In this document: positions 13,031 through 25,269 of the stretch, piece after piece
Layout: each line of letters opens with the position of its first letter
Numbering within the stretch: position 1 is the first letter of the stretch
DNA from: Mobula hypostoma
Lineage: Eukaryota
DNA length: 64,000 bases
Assembly: GCF_963921235.1 (NCBI RefSeq)
Contig: NC_086108.1
Coordinates: 13,206,001 to 13,270,000 of the forward strand
Reading direction: 5' to 3'
Notes under the pieces: model-generated
Databases searched by the model: none
What the model was told of the DNA's origin: nothing
Seen by the model: only the letters and a program-made list of their open reading frames with translations
Program-made: the position numbers and the translations under genes

Positions 13031-13376
13031 CCGGAAAACTAAGGTCTCCTAAGTAACAGCTACTACCCAACCAAACCACCTCCCCAATTGAGAAACTGGA
13101 GCACTCACATTGAGATTTCCAGATCCTTCCCATCAAGAAAGTCCAATTTCCACACCCTTTCCACCTAGAAGAATGCTAAAACTAATTCCCAAGTTCTCTG
13201 AGCCCTCAACTCAGGCAATCCCAGAACCTCTGAAATCAAGAAACCAAAACAGTCTTTAACTCTTTAAAATTCCTGGACATTCTCTGTGTTGATCAGATCT
13301 TCACTTGTTCGGTCAAACAGTTACTGGAGTACCCTATGAAAACTAATGAAGCAGGGGTGAAGACAAGCAGCCGTAC

Positions 13377-13457
13377 CTGGAGGTGGGAGATATCCATGAA
13401 ACAGGACGCTTCCACAGGAAGAGCGCTCCAAATCTGCACACAATTCCAGGCGACGGA
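13377..13457 (-). CDS. SHKBP1: SHKBP1 coding exon 6 ([27 protein letters not shown])
   Basis: cctacag| acceptor and |GTACGG donor; 81 nt, phase 1 to 1. Conserved KCTD3/SHKBP1 motif RSSCG.VLF.GYLPPP. Confidence 0.92.
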
Positions 13458-13735
13458 CTGTAGGAAGGAGAAATGAAGGTCAGATTCAGGCACAGGGCAG
13501 AGGAGAGAGTGTGGTTGGTATGGGAACTGAATGTATACATATGGAATAAACCAAAACTGAGAACAGAACAAATAAAATTACTGTAAAAAGACAGACAAAA
13601 TAGGATTGTTAACTTGCAAGAAACATAGATGTGGATGGTGAGAGATTTTACAGTATGTAAGGGGGAAATTTCCTCCAAGAGGACCAGAACCTTGCTGTGG
13701 TTTTGGAGGCTTGCGTGCCTCAATGCCTTTTCAAT

Positions 13736-14260
13736 GCTCCCTCTGGCCCTATCCTTTTCATGGTATATGCCCCCTTGTTGCTCCCTCAGGCCCTATCCTT
13801 TTCATGGTATATGCCCCCTTGTTGCTCCCTCAGGCCCTATCCTTTTCATGGTATATGCCCCCTTGTTGCTCCCTCAGGCCCTATCCTTTTCATGGTATAT
13901 GCCCCCTTGTTGCTCCCTCAGGCCCTATCCTTTTCATGGTATATGTCCCCTTGTTGCTCCCTCCGGCCCCATCCTTTTCATGGTATATGCCCCCTTGTTG
14001 CTCCCTCAGGCCCTATCCTTTTCATGGTATATGCCCCCTTGTTGCTCCCTCAGGCCCTATCCTTTTCATGGTATATGCCCCCTTGTTGCTCCCTCAGGCC
14101 CTATCCTTTTCATGGTATATGCCCCCTTGTTGCTCCCTCAGGCCCTATCCTTTTCATGGTATATGTCCCCTTGTTGCTCCCTCCGGCCCTATCCTTTTCA
14201 TGGTATATGCCCCCTTGTTGCTCCCTCAGGCCCTATCCCTTTCATGGGTTATGTCCTACT
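13736..14260. repeat. Minisatellite, ~12 copies of a 44-bp unit
   Basis: Unit GCTCCCTCAGGCCCTATCCTTTTCATGGTATATGCCCCCTTGTT. It explains the repetitive ORFs at 13629-14341. Confidence 0.95.
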
Positions 14261-14514
14261 TGTATTAGGCCTCTCAGAAAATATCACCTCATACTTGTCA
14301 GAATCAAGTTAGATTTACCGTCGCTCTGCTTAACTTTCTAGACTATCAGTGGTACTCCGTAACCCAACCTTTCATCCTCAGTCAACAAGATCGCCAATTT
14401 CAGCGCCAGTTGTAAGTTTACTCATCATACTCCCACTCCTCCAAGGTCCCTTTGACCTCGAGGGCCCCACCACTACGTATGTGCCTCCTAAAGTCCATCA
14501 GCTTGTAATTATTA

Positions 14515-15600
14515 AGGGAAATCGAGGGCAGATAAGTCACCTGAACCAGGTGAACTGCACCCCAGGGTTCTGAAAAAGGTAGCTGAACAGATTGTGGAGG
14601 CATTAGTAATGATCTTTTAAGAATCACTAGATTCGGGAATGGTTCCTGAGAACTGGAAAAGTGTCAAGGTTACTCCACTCTTTAAGAACGTTATTATGTC
14701 AATGATTTGAATGAAGGAATTGATGGGTCTGTGGCCAAGTGTGTGGATGATACAAAGTTAGGTGGAGGGTGTTGAGGTGTCTGCAGAAGGACTCAAACTG
14801 ATCGGGGAAATAGGCAAAGAAGTGGCAGATGGAATACAGTGCAGGGAAGTGCACTTTGGCCAGAAGAAATAAAGATGTGGGCTATTTTCTAAATGGGGAG
14901 AAAATTCAAAAATGAGGTACAAAGCGTCTTGTGAGCAGGGTTCCCTAAGGTTAACTTGCAGGTTGGTGGTGAGGAAGACAAATGCAATGTTAGCATTAAT
15001 TTTGAGAGGATTAGAATATAAAAGCAAGGACGTAATTCTAGGGCTTTATAAGACATTAGTCAGACTGCACTTGGAGTAATGCGAGCAGTTTTGGGCCCCT
15101 TATCTAGATGTTCTGGCATTGGAGAGAGTCCAGAAGAGTGCCGTGAGAATGATCCCTGGAATTAAAGGGTTAACACATGAGGAGAGTTTGTTGGCTTGGA
15201 GCATGTACTCACTGGAGTTTAGGATCATTGAAGGGGGGGATCCCATTGAAACCGATCAAACACTGAAAGGCGGAGGTAGAGTGGATGTGGAGAGGATGTT
15301 TCTTATGGTGGGACAGTCTTGAACCAGAGGGCACAGTCTCAGAATTGAGGGATGTCCATTTAGAACAGAGATGAGGAGGAATTTCTTTAGCTAGATGGTG
15401 GTGAATTTGTGGAATTCGTTGCCACAGATGGTTGTGCAGGTCAAGTCATTGGGTATAATTAAGGTAGAGGTTGATAGATTTTTGATTATTCAGGGAGTTG
15501 AAGATTCTGGGGAAAAGGCAGGAAACTGAGGTTGGGAGGGATAATAAATCAGCCAATGGTGGAGCAGATCCGATGGGCCGAATGGCCTAATTCTGCCTGC
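14515..15600 (+). mobile_element. Decayed CR1 LINE (RT and 3' end)
   Basis: KSPEP..LHPRVLK, AKCVDDTK, YSLEFR motifs and a CR1 3' UTR. Confidence 0.8.
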
Positions 15601-15676
15601 TTCAATGTCTTAAATTTCCATTGCTCTGACCACTCTACCAGCCAATCAATTCCATTCTGCAACTTTCCTGGCGTAT

Positions 15677-15801
15677 ATGACAAACTCTTCTCGGGCTTCA
15701 TCTGATCTTCATCCCTGATGAAGATGGCAGCGTGTGTCATCGAAACATCGGTTATAATCGATATCTGTACCCGGCTGGAAGCCCGAGAAGAATTTATTCA
15801 T
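15677..15801 (+). ncRNA. Mini element with imperfect terminal inverted repeats enclosing a hammerhead ribozyme motif
   Basis: CTGATGA (15715) - stem GATGGCA/TGTCATC - GAAAC ATC. Flanked by TCTTCTCGGGCTTC / GAAGCCCGAGAAGA. Confidence 0.6.
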
Positions 15802-16254
15802 TATCCAGGACATCTTCAAGGAGTGATGCCTCAAAACAAAAAGGTGGTGTCATCATTAAGGACACACATCACCCAAAACTGCCCGCTTCTCATCGCAACC
15901 ATCAGGAAGGAGGTACAGAAGCCTTAAGGCACACACTCAGTGATTCAGGAACAGCTTCTTCCCCCCTGCCATCTGATGGACGTTGAACCCATGAACACCA
16001 CCTCACTCCTTTTTTATTTCTATTTTTTGCACTACTTACTTAAATTTTATATGTTCACATTGTTTTCTATTATTATATATTATTTTGCCACAAAGACAGC
16101 AAATTTCATGACATATGGTGGTGATATTAAACCTGATTCTGATTCTGTGCCTTGAGCTAGTGAGACAAAAAGCAAGACTAAGGAGCAGGTGCTAGAAGGA
16201 GGCCATCATATTTACGGAGCTTTGGGTTCTCTTGCAAAGCAAGTAAGTCTACAC

Positions 16255-18176
16255 AGGCAACACTCACAACAAGCTGGAGGAGCTCAGCAGATTCGGCAGC
16301 ATCCATGGAAACGATCAGTCAATATTTCAGAGTGGAACCCTTCGTCAGTACTGAAGAGGGAAGGGTCAGAGGCCCTATAAAGAAGGTGGGGGAAGGGTGG
16401 AGGTTCCAGTTCCCCGGTCCCGACCGCTTCATTTTTACTATTGATGTCCAATCCTTATACTCTTCCATTCCCCATCAAGAAGGCCTCAAAGCACTCTGCT
16501 ACTTTCTGGATAATAGACCTCACAAGTTCCCCACCACCACTACCCTCCTCTGGTTGGCGGAACCGGTACTCGCACTTAATAACTTCTCTTCTGGCTCTTC
16601 CCACTTTCTCCAGACTAAGGGTGTAGCTATGGGTACTCGCATGGGCCCCAGCTATGCCTGCCTCTTCGTTAGTTATGTGGAGCAGTCTGTGTTCCAAACC
16701 TATACTGGTACAGCTCCCCAACTTTTCTTTCTCTATATTCACGACTACATTGGTGCTGCTTCCTGCACCCATGCTGAGCTCGTCAATTTCATCGACTTTA
16801 CTTCAAACTTCCACCCAGCCCTCAAATTCACTTGGTCCATCTCGGACACTTCTCTCCCCTTTCTCGATCTCTCAGTCTCCATCTCTGGAGACAGACTGTC
16901 CACTGACATCTTCTATAAGCCCACTGACTCTCATAACTACCTCGACTATACCTCTTCCCACCCTGCAACATGCAAAAATGCCATTCCCTATTCCCAGTTC
17001 CTCCGTCTCCGCCGCATCTGCTCCCAGGATGAGGCTTTCAGTTCTAGGACATCTCAAATGTCCTCTTTCTTTAAGGATCGTGGTTTCCCTTCTGCCGTCA
17101 TCAATGATGCCCTCACCCACATCTCCTCCATTTCCCGCACTTCAGCCCTCACCCCATCCTCCCGCAACCACAACAAGGACAGAGTTCCCCTTGTCCTCAC
17201 CTACCACCCCACCAGCCTCCGGATCCAGCACATTATCCTCCGCAACTTCCGCCACCTTCAACAGGACCCCACCACTAAGCACATCTTTCCCTCTCTACCC
17301 CTCTCCGCTTTCTGGAGGGATCGGTCCCTTCGCAACTCCCTGGTCCACACGTCCCTCCCCACAGATCTCCCACCTGGCACTTACCCCTGTAAGTGCAAGT
17401 GCTACACCTGTCCCTACACCCCTTCTCTTGCCACCATTCAGGGCCACAAACAGTCCTTCCAGGTGAGGCAACACTTCACTTGTGAGTCTGTTGGGGTCAT
17501 CTATTGCATCCGGTGCTCCCGGTGCAGCTTCCCCTACATCGGTGAAACCTGACACAGATTGGGGGACCACTTCGTCGAGCACCTCTGCTCCGTCCGCCAC
17601 AACAGACAGGAACTCCCGGTTGCCACCCACTTCAACTCTGCTACACATTCCCATTTGGATATGTCCATACATGGCCTCCTCTACTGCCATGAGGCTAAAC
17701 TCAGGTTGGAGGAGCAACACCTCATATATCGTCTGGGTAGTCTCCAGCCCCTTGGCATGAACATAGAATTCTCCAACTTCCGGTAATTCCCTCCCCCTCC
17801 CTTCCCCTAACCCTATTTCACTCTGCCCCCTCCCCCAGCTGCTATCACCTCCCTCATGGTTCTGACTCCTTCTACCACCCATTGTGCTTTCCCCTATTCC
17901 TTATTCACCTTTCCTGCCTATCACCTCCCTGCTTCCCCACCCCTTTATCTTTCCCCTTACTGGTTTTTCACCTGGTACCTACCAGCCTTCTCCTTCCCAC
18001 CCTCCCCCCACCTTCTTTATAGGGCCTCTACCCATTCCCTCTTCAGTCCTGATGAAGGGTTCCGGCCCAAAACGTCGACTCATTGTTTCCACAGATGCTG
18101 CCCGACCTGCTGAGTTCCTCCAGCGTGTTGTGAGTGTTGCTTTGATCCCAGCATCTGCAGATTATTTTGTGTTTAT
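16255..18176 (+). mobile_element. Penelope-like element (RT + GIY-YIG, 16405-18176) preceded by an inverted, more diverged 3'-end piece (16255-16402)
   Basis: ORFs 16305-17552 (GVAMGTRMGPSYA) and 17559-17786. Hammerhead remnant at 18045-18080. Confidence 0.92.
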
Positions 18177-18339
18177 GAGTCTACACAAGGTTACATCTGA
18201 ACTGAAGGGGGAACCACCAACCAACACAGACATACTCTGAGTTGGATCCAAGGCACACAGTACCGGCTGAATGCCAAGGTCATTTTTGATTTGGACTCTG
18301 CCTATACTTTCAGAAACATTGATATAATATTTTTCTCAC

Positions 18340-18398
18340 CTAGTGGTGAAATTCCATAGAATTCAGCCTCGTGACGAAGCAATCCAATATTGATATCT
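18340..18398 (-). CDS. SHKBP1: SHKBP1 coding exon 5 (DINIGLLRHEAEFYGISPL)
   Basis: ttgcag| acceptor and |GTGAGA donor; 59 nt, phase 2 to 1. HEAEFYG BTB end motif. Confidence 0.92.
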
Positions 18399-18908
18399 CT
18401 GCAAACAAATAAATTCAATTCTTCAATTCCAGATTATTAAACAAAAGACATAAATGTAACAATTAATAATTGTGGCATTGGTTTAATTCTACTTTGCTTG
18501 ATGTGGACATCACATACAAGGTCCAGCACGTATTTATTTTCAGGATTTGGGAATTGCTGGCAAAGTGGTCATTTACGTACATGTCTAAGCACCCTCAGGA
18601 AGGTGACTGAGTTATACTCTTGAATTCGGGAATTGCTGGCAAACCAACTTATGTACAGTCATGAATGCCCCCAGGAAGGTGATGTTGAGTTAGACTTGTG
18701 AAACACTGTTTTCTTTCTGTGAAAGTACTGAATTCCTCCTGAAGGGGGACTTCCAGAATTTAGACCAAGGGACAATCAAGGACTGGTGCTGTATGTTCAC
18801 AGCAGGATGGTGGATAACTTGGAGGGGAATCTGGAGGTGGTGGTGTTCTTATTTACTTTCTGGGTGGTAGAGCTCCTGGGTTTAGGAGGTGCAATCAGAA
18901 CGTCATGA

Positions 18909-19152
18909 GCAGAGAGTGGTGAATCTGTGGAATTCTCTGCCACAGGAAACAGTTGAGGCCAGTTCATTGGCTATATTTAAGAGGGAGTTAGATATGGCCC
19001 TTGTGGCTACGGGGGTCAGGGGATATGGAGGGAAGGCTGGGGCGGGGTTCTGAGTTGGATGATCAGCCATGATCATAATAAATGGCGGTGCAGGCTCGAA
19101 GGGCCGAATGGCCTACTCCTGCACCTATTTTCTATGTTTCTATGTTTCTATG
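18909..19152 (+). mobile_element. Short 3' copy of the same young CR1 family as 5986-8709
   Basis: Near-identical to ~8476-8705; ends in (TTTCTATG)n. Confidence 0.9.
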
Positions 19153-19279
19153 TAACTGCAGGGTATTATGAAGGTAGAACATGCTCCAACCACTGTCATC
19201 AAATGGGCCGCTTCCTGAGAGCTACCGGCACTGTGCAGACCCAGGCAGGTGGAGAATATACTATCACACATTTCAGAGC

Positions 19280-20790
19280 AACACAACACAAAATGCTGGA
19301 GGAACTCAGCAGGTCAGGGGATGACTGAACAGTTGGCGTTTCAGACCAAGGCCCATACTCCAAACTGAAAGTGAAGGGGGAAGATGTCAGATGAAAAGGT
19401 GGGGAGAGGAGGTTAGCTCAAAGGTGATAGGTGAAACCAGATGAGTGGGAAAGGTCCAAGGGCTGGAGAAGAAGGAATCTGACAGGAGAGGAGAGTGAAC
19501 CACAGGCAAAAGGGAAAGAGGAGGTTCACCAGGGGGAGGTGAGAAGTAGTAAGAAGCAAGAATGGGGAATAGAAGAGGAGGGGAGGAGAGATTCTCTTTT
19601 TAAACCAGAAGAGGAGGGGAAAAAAAAAATCCAGTATTTATGTGCAAACAACAGGAATTCTGCAGATGCTGGAAATTCAACCAACACACATCAAAGTTGC
19701 TGGTGTACGCAGCAGGCCAGGCAGCATCTGTAGGAAGAGGTGCAGTCGACGTTTCAGGCCGAGACCCTTCGTCAAGACTAACTGAAGGAAGAGTGAGTAA
19801 GGGATTTGAAAGTTGGAGGGGGAGGGGGAGATCCAAAATGATAGGAGAAGACAGGAGGGGGAGGGATGGAGCCAAGAGCTGGACAGGTGATAGGCAAAAG
19901 GGGATACGAGAGGATCATGGGACAGGAGGTCCGGGAAGAAAGATAAGGAGGGGGGAAACCCAGAGGATGGGCCTCCTGTCCCATGATCCTCTCATATCCC
20001 TTTTGCCTATCACCTGTCCAGCTCTTGGCTCCATCCCTCCCCCTCCTGTCTTCTCCTATCATTTTGGATCTCCCCCTCCCCCTCCAACTTTCAAATCCCT
20101 TACTCACCCTTCCTTCAGTTAGTCCTGACGAAGGGTCTCGGCCTGAAACGTCGACTGAACCTCTTCCTAGAGATGCTGCCTGGCCTGCTGCGTACACCAG
20201 CAACTTTGATGTGTGTTCCAGTATTTATGTCATCTGATTGGAGGCTACTCAGACGGAATACAAGGTGCTGCTCCTCCACTGAGGGTGGCCTCATCAGAAC
20301 AGTGGAGGAGGCCACGGAGAGACGTATTGGAATGGGAATGGGAACGTGAATTGAAACGTTTGGCCACCGGGAAGTCCTGCTTGAGGTGGATGGAGCAGAG
20401 GTGTTTGACGAAGCAGTCCCCAATTCACCACAGGTTTCACCAATGTAGAGGAGGCTGCACTGGGAGCACCAGACACAACAGATGACCCCAATAGATTCAC
20501 AGGTGAAGTGTTGCCTTACCCGGAATGACTGCTTGGGGCCCTGAATGGAGGGGAGGGAGGAAGTGTATCAGCAGGTGTAGCACTTGGGCCAGTTGCAGGG
20601 AGATTAGTGAGGAGGGATGCAAGGACAAGGGGATCACGGAGGGAGTGATTCCTGCGGAAAGTGGGGGAGGGAGGTATGTTTAGTGGGGGGATCCCTTTGG
20701 AGATGGTGGAAGTTGTGGGAGATGATGTGTTGGATCTGGAGGATGATGTGTTGGATGTGGAGGTTCATGGGCTGGCAGGCAAGAATGAGT
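19280..20790 (-). mobile_element. Older Penelope-like fragment interrupted by a young fold-back PLE insertion (19644-20216)
   Basis: GIY-YIG remnants at 20231-20790. The inner insertion has a 14-bp TSD TCCAGTATTTATGT (19630-19643, 20217-20230). Confidence 0.85.
20121..20156 (+). ncRNA. Minimal type-I hammerhead ribozyme of the PLE 3' repeat (intact core)
   Basis: AGTC-CTGACGA-a-GGGT ctcg GCCT-GAAA-C-GTC-GACT: stem I AGTC/GACT, stem II, loopless ACGT stem III. Confidence 0.75.
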
Positions 20791-21814
20791 TCATACTGTT
20801 GTCTTGTATAATACAGATACTGGAAACACTTTGGGTGTCATAAGGCAATACATTCAGTACAGGATACCCAGACCGTGAGCAGGTCTAGTGCAATTTCTGG
20901 TCAATGTGGGCCTCCAGAAAGCCTGGAGCAGACGAAGGCAATGAAGCTGAAAATCAAGGGGAAGTAATTGGAATGTCTTGCTGGAGAGAATTGTTACCTG
21001 ACACTGCTGTGACATTAAATGTTACTTTCCATGAATGAATTTTGCGTCAATGTCCCAGCACAGATTGCTACATCTGTTGAGGAGCTGTCAAAGAAACAGC
21101 CATTCGCACTTCAGACCTCATGGTGAAAAGGTGGAGGTGGTCATGTCACCAATATGGTGATTAAAGCTGATTGGAGACGGAGGTTATCAGGTACTTGATT
21201 AGTCAGGTCTTCAAAGGGGAGAAGGCAGTAGAATGGGTTGAGAGGGATAATAATCAGCCATGGCTCAATGGGCCAAATGGCCTAATTCTACTCCTAGGTC
21301 TTCTGGAGACTTGGGGTTCCTGCAGCAATGTCATGGGTTGGGAATAATGACCCCGACAGCCTGAAACAACACCCTATGCCACCTTCTCCTTCCAATGGCA
21401 GCTTGACATCAAAATGGTCACTTGCATCGCACCTCTGGAATTCAGCTCCCTAGTTGTGTTTGGACCAAGGCTGAAACGAGGTCTGGAGCCAAGCAATCCA
21501 GATACAAAACCCCAAACTGGGCATCAGTGAGTAATTTAGGTACTACCAGTTGATAGCACTACCAACACCGACTGCCAAGAACTTTGCTGATGAGTGAGTG
21601 TGTGGCTAACAACTAGCTGGTTGGATCGGTCCTGCCTTTTTGTGAACGGACAGCCCCAGGAAACTTTGCACACTGTTGGGTAGATGCCAGTGTTGAAATT
21701 CTGCTAGAGCACTTGCCTAGTTTGGAAGCACAGTCCTTCAGTACTATAAACTGGGATATTGTCTGATCCCAACACCACTTACTGTATTTAGTACACACAG
21801 TCACTGTGATTGTA

Positions 21815-22250
21815 TTTGGAGAATAAAGGATGTGCTGACGTTGGAGAGGGTTAAAAGGAGGTTCATGAAAATGATTCCAGGATTCAAAGGCCTGTCACAT
21901 GAGGAGAGTTTGATGGCTCTGGGCCTGTACTCTTTGGAACTCAGAAGAACGAGGGGTAGCCTCATTGAAGCCTATTGAATGTTGAAAGGCCTCAATAGAG
22001 AGGATGTGGAGTGGATGTTTACTATGGTGGGAGAGTCTAAGACCAGAGACTCATTATAGAAGGATATCCATTTAGAACGGAGACGAGGTGGAATTTCTTT
22101 AGCCAGAGTGTGGTGAATCTGCAGAATTCGTTGCCACAAGCAGCTGTGGAGGCCAAGTCATTGGGTATATTTAAGGCAGAGGTTAATAGATTCTTGATTA
22201 GTCAGAGCATGAAGGGATTTTGGGACAAGGCAAGAATCTGGAGGTTATAT
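21815..22250 (+). mobile_element. CR1 LINE 3' fragment
   Basis: KDVLTLERVKRRF...LGLYSLE...FRTE..FFSQ motifs. Confidence 0.8.
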
Positions 22251-22654
22251 CTATAATGGAAAATATATCCTTCATATAGTATCTATTCTTCCCAATGGCA
22301 TCTGCTCCTACAATTTATGGTCATATAGTGTAAATTCTATTATACAGATCTCAAAATAAGACAAAATAAGTCCTGTACTTGTCACTCCTGGAAGAATATG
22401 GTTGCAAGAATTCAGTTTTCTCTTTAACACTGATGTACAGTATACAAGGCCTTGACATCCTGACCTCTTAAGACCGAATACCAGTGGGACAGTTCACATA
22501 GAAAATTAAGAGTTTGGTGTTTGTGGACCTTGAATCACCTTTAGGTCTCTACTGAAACCATCCTTTTAGTCAAGATTAACTTAACAGAATTTAAAACCCA
22601 AGTCAGTTACTCCATCAGTTTCCTGCCATATGAAGTGGATGATTAGTAATATAC

Positions 22655-23065
22655 AGGTGGTGGGGTGCAGATATGTCTCTACTAAAGGAGGTGTAAGCTA
22701 CTCTTTCCCTCCACTAACCTGCAGGTCACCCTTGGCCAAGGTGTAGCTCCTACTTAGCCTCCCCCACCACACCCCCCCCCCGCCCCGTTCAGAGTCACGT
22801 GAACCCATGGGAGCAGCTGGTGGATGGTCATATGAGCAGCCAGTGTATATCACAAGTTCTGGTTATGTGACCACTGATGCCAGACAGACAATCTCTGAAG
22901 AGTATTGATAATGGTTATGGGGGCTGGGGAGAGGGTCACTTGTCTTGTAAAGACACTGCCCGGAAGGCGGCAATGGCAAACCAGTTCTTCAGAAACATTT
23001 GCCAAGAATCACGATCATGGAACCACGATCGCCCACCTCATACGACATGGCACGTAATGATGATG
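22655..23065 (+). mobile_element. Probable RTE-related non-autonomous element / SINE
   Basis: GGCAATGGCAAACCA motif typical of RTE-associated tails; ends in (ATG)n. Confidence 0.45.
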
Positions 23066-23519
23066 GTTGGTATTATGGAGTGCTCTAAGCTTAGTTCAAT
23101 ATGAGCTCCAATCACCCACCTCAACAGCTTGGAAACGGCCATGCTTATAGAATAAAAGTTAATTTCAGTAATGGTGACCAGAGAGCAACGACTATTAATA
23201 GAACAGCAGCTTGTTTGCAACCATACCTTACTGTGCCATCTATTTTCAACAAATACCTCAAGAGGGAAAACTACAGTGTAAAATGCTTAGGTTCAAATAT
23301 GAGAGAAGGTGTACAGTAGACAACCTGAAATTCTTACTCTTTGCAGATATCTGCGAAACAAGAAAACCCATAGAATGAATGATAGAAACATCAAAGCCTC
23401 CTTCCCGCCTCCTTTCGAGCAAGCAGCACAATCTGATTGCAACAGCGTTTTCAGGCTACAAATCGTTATCTCTGACTCACGCCACTTAACTCTTCGCTGT
23501 CAGTCATTACGGGCATTAC

Positions 23520-23593
23520 CTGGCATCCAGCTCTCTGGTACGAAGAAAATTCAGCACTGTACCAAACATAGTTGGATCACGATCAATAAAAAT
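23520..23593 (-). CDS. SHKBP1: SHKBP1 coding exon 4 (IFIDRDPTMFGTVLNFLRTRELDA-R)
   Basis: Poly-T tract plus ctag| acceptor and |GTAATG donor; 74 nt. Canonical BTB motif IFIDRDP..LNFLRT. Confidence 0.93.
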
Positions 23594-23629
23594 CTAGAGC
23601 AAAAAAAACATTGAAACTACGTCAATATT

Positions 23630-24065
23630 TAATCAGCATCTTCCACAACTTCCACCATCTCCAAAGGGATTCTACCAACAAACACTTGTTGAACTCCTCC
23701 CCACCTCCGCTTTCCACAAGGATCACTCCCTCCACAATTCCCTTGACCATTCATCCCTCCCCACTGATCTCCCTCCCGGCATTTATCCCTGCAAGCAGCC
23801 CGAGTGCTACACCTGCCCATTCTCCACCACCCGCACCTCCATTCAGGACCCCAAACAATCCTTCCAGATGAGCCAACACTTCACTTCCAGATCTGCTGTG
23901 GTCACCTATTGTGTCCAGTGCTAGCCTCCTTACCCTCCCCCACACCTTTTCATCTGACATCTTCCCCATTCCTTCTCAGTCTCGGCCCAAAACATGAGTG
24001 TCTATTCATTTCCATAGGTGTTGCCTGACCTGCTGAGTTCCTGCAGTATTTTGTGTGTGTGTTGC
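23630..24065 (+). mobile_element. Internally deleted Penelope-like fragment in SHKBP1 intron 3
   Basis: NFHHLQRDSTNKH motif and PLE 3' end (GCCTGACCTGCTGAGTTCC...GTGTGTTGC). Confidence 0.75.
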
Positions 24066-24141
24066 AATATTTACACTTTCCTTTGTCTAAACCAGTGAAC
24101 CTATTCCAATACTGTTTGATGCTGATGCCAGCTTTACTTAC

Positions 24142-24187
24142 AGCTCCGGTTTCATCCCTCATGCTGCAGATCCGTCCACTCAGGAGG
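24142..24187 (-). CDS. SHKBP1: SHKBP1 coding exon 3 (SLLSGRICSMRDETGA)
   Basis: cacag| acceptor and |GTAAGT donor; 46 nt, phase 2 to 0. BTB motif LLSGRI..DETGA. Confidence 0.92.
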
Positions 24188-24659
24188 CTGTGAAGCAGAA
24201 ATCTGAGTAACGATTCAATGGCCAGAGAAAAATCTCCTGCCCTTTAACATTCAGATCCAACCATCCCCTCATCCACATACCCCTAATCCCCCATCCATCA
24301 CACATCCACAGAATCAATCCCACTCCACCCCTTTCCCTGTGCAACTCAAAAGCTCCACCCCACACAAAATCCAGCAACACTCACCGCATCCAACACCACA
24401 TTCCCCAAGCCACATGCAAGAGCATCTCACGCAAACTCCCACACTTTGCCCCATCTCTGAATTTCCATTCAAGGACCCTTTCATTGCCCTGCCCACTTGC
24501 ACCCGTGCATTAACCCCATGTCCCTGACCCCAACAGCACGTTGGTCTGTCAGAATATGGACCGTGGCCTCAAGGCCGTCAGTGTTGACATGTCACAGGAT
24601 CAAATGCCACTCTGAAAATTACCTTCTTTGTTTTGCTCTGCTTTTCTTGCCTTTCACAG

Positions 24660-25269
24660 TCAAAGTACAGCACAGAAACAGGCCCATCCAGTCCGTGCCA
24701 AACCATTTAAACTGTCTACTCCCAATGATCTCAACCGGGACCAAAGCCTCCCATACCCCGACCATCCACATACCTACTAACTGTTGAAATCAAGCACACA
24801 TTCACCACTTGCACTGGCAGCTCATTCCACACTCTCTCCACCCTCCGAACAAAGAAGTTTCCCGTCATGTTCCCTTTAAACTTTTCATCTTTCACTCTTA
24901 ATCCATGACCTCTAATTGTTAGTCCACACTAATCTCAGTGGAAAAAGCTTGCTTGCATTTACCCTACCAATATCCCTCATAATTTTGTATTTCTCTATCA
25001 AATCTGCCCTTAATCTTCTACGTTCCAAGGAATAAAGTTCTAACCTATTCAGTCTTTCCTTGTAACTCAGTTCCTCCAGTCCCAGCAACATTTCTCTCTT
25101 CAAACTTACTTACATCTTTCCTGTTGGTAAGTGGCTAAAACTATACGATACTGCAACCTAGGCCTCCGCAATGTCTTACACAATTTCAGCATAACATCTC
25201 ATCTCCTGTACTCAATACTTTCATTCATGACGGCCAAAGTGCCAAAGCTTTCTAAATGACCCTGTCTAC
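24660..25269 (-). mobile_element. CR1 LINE 3' fragment
   Basis: ORF 24912-25103 (LELYSLERRRLRADLI). Confidence 0.8.

Noticed and set aside
13736..14260. CRISPR-like array
   Set aside because: Head-to-tail repeats without unique spacers, in eukaryotic DNA.
13629..14341. Three overlapping 185-227 aa ORFs
   Set aside because: Artefact of a stop-free 44-bp tandem repeat.
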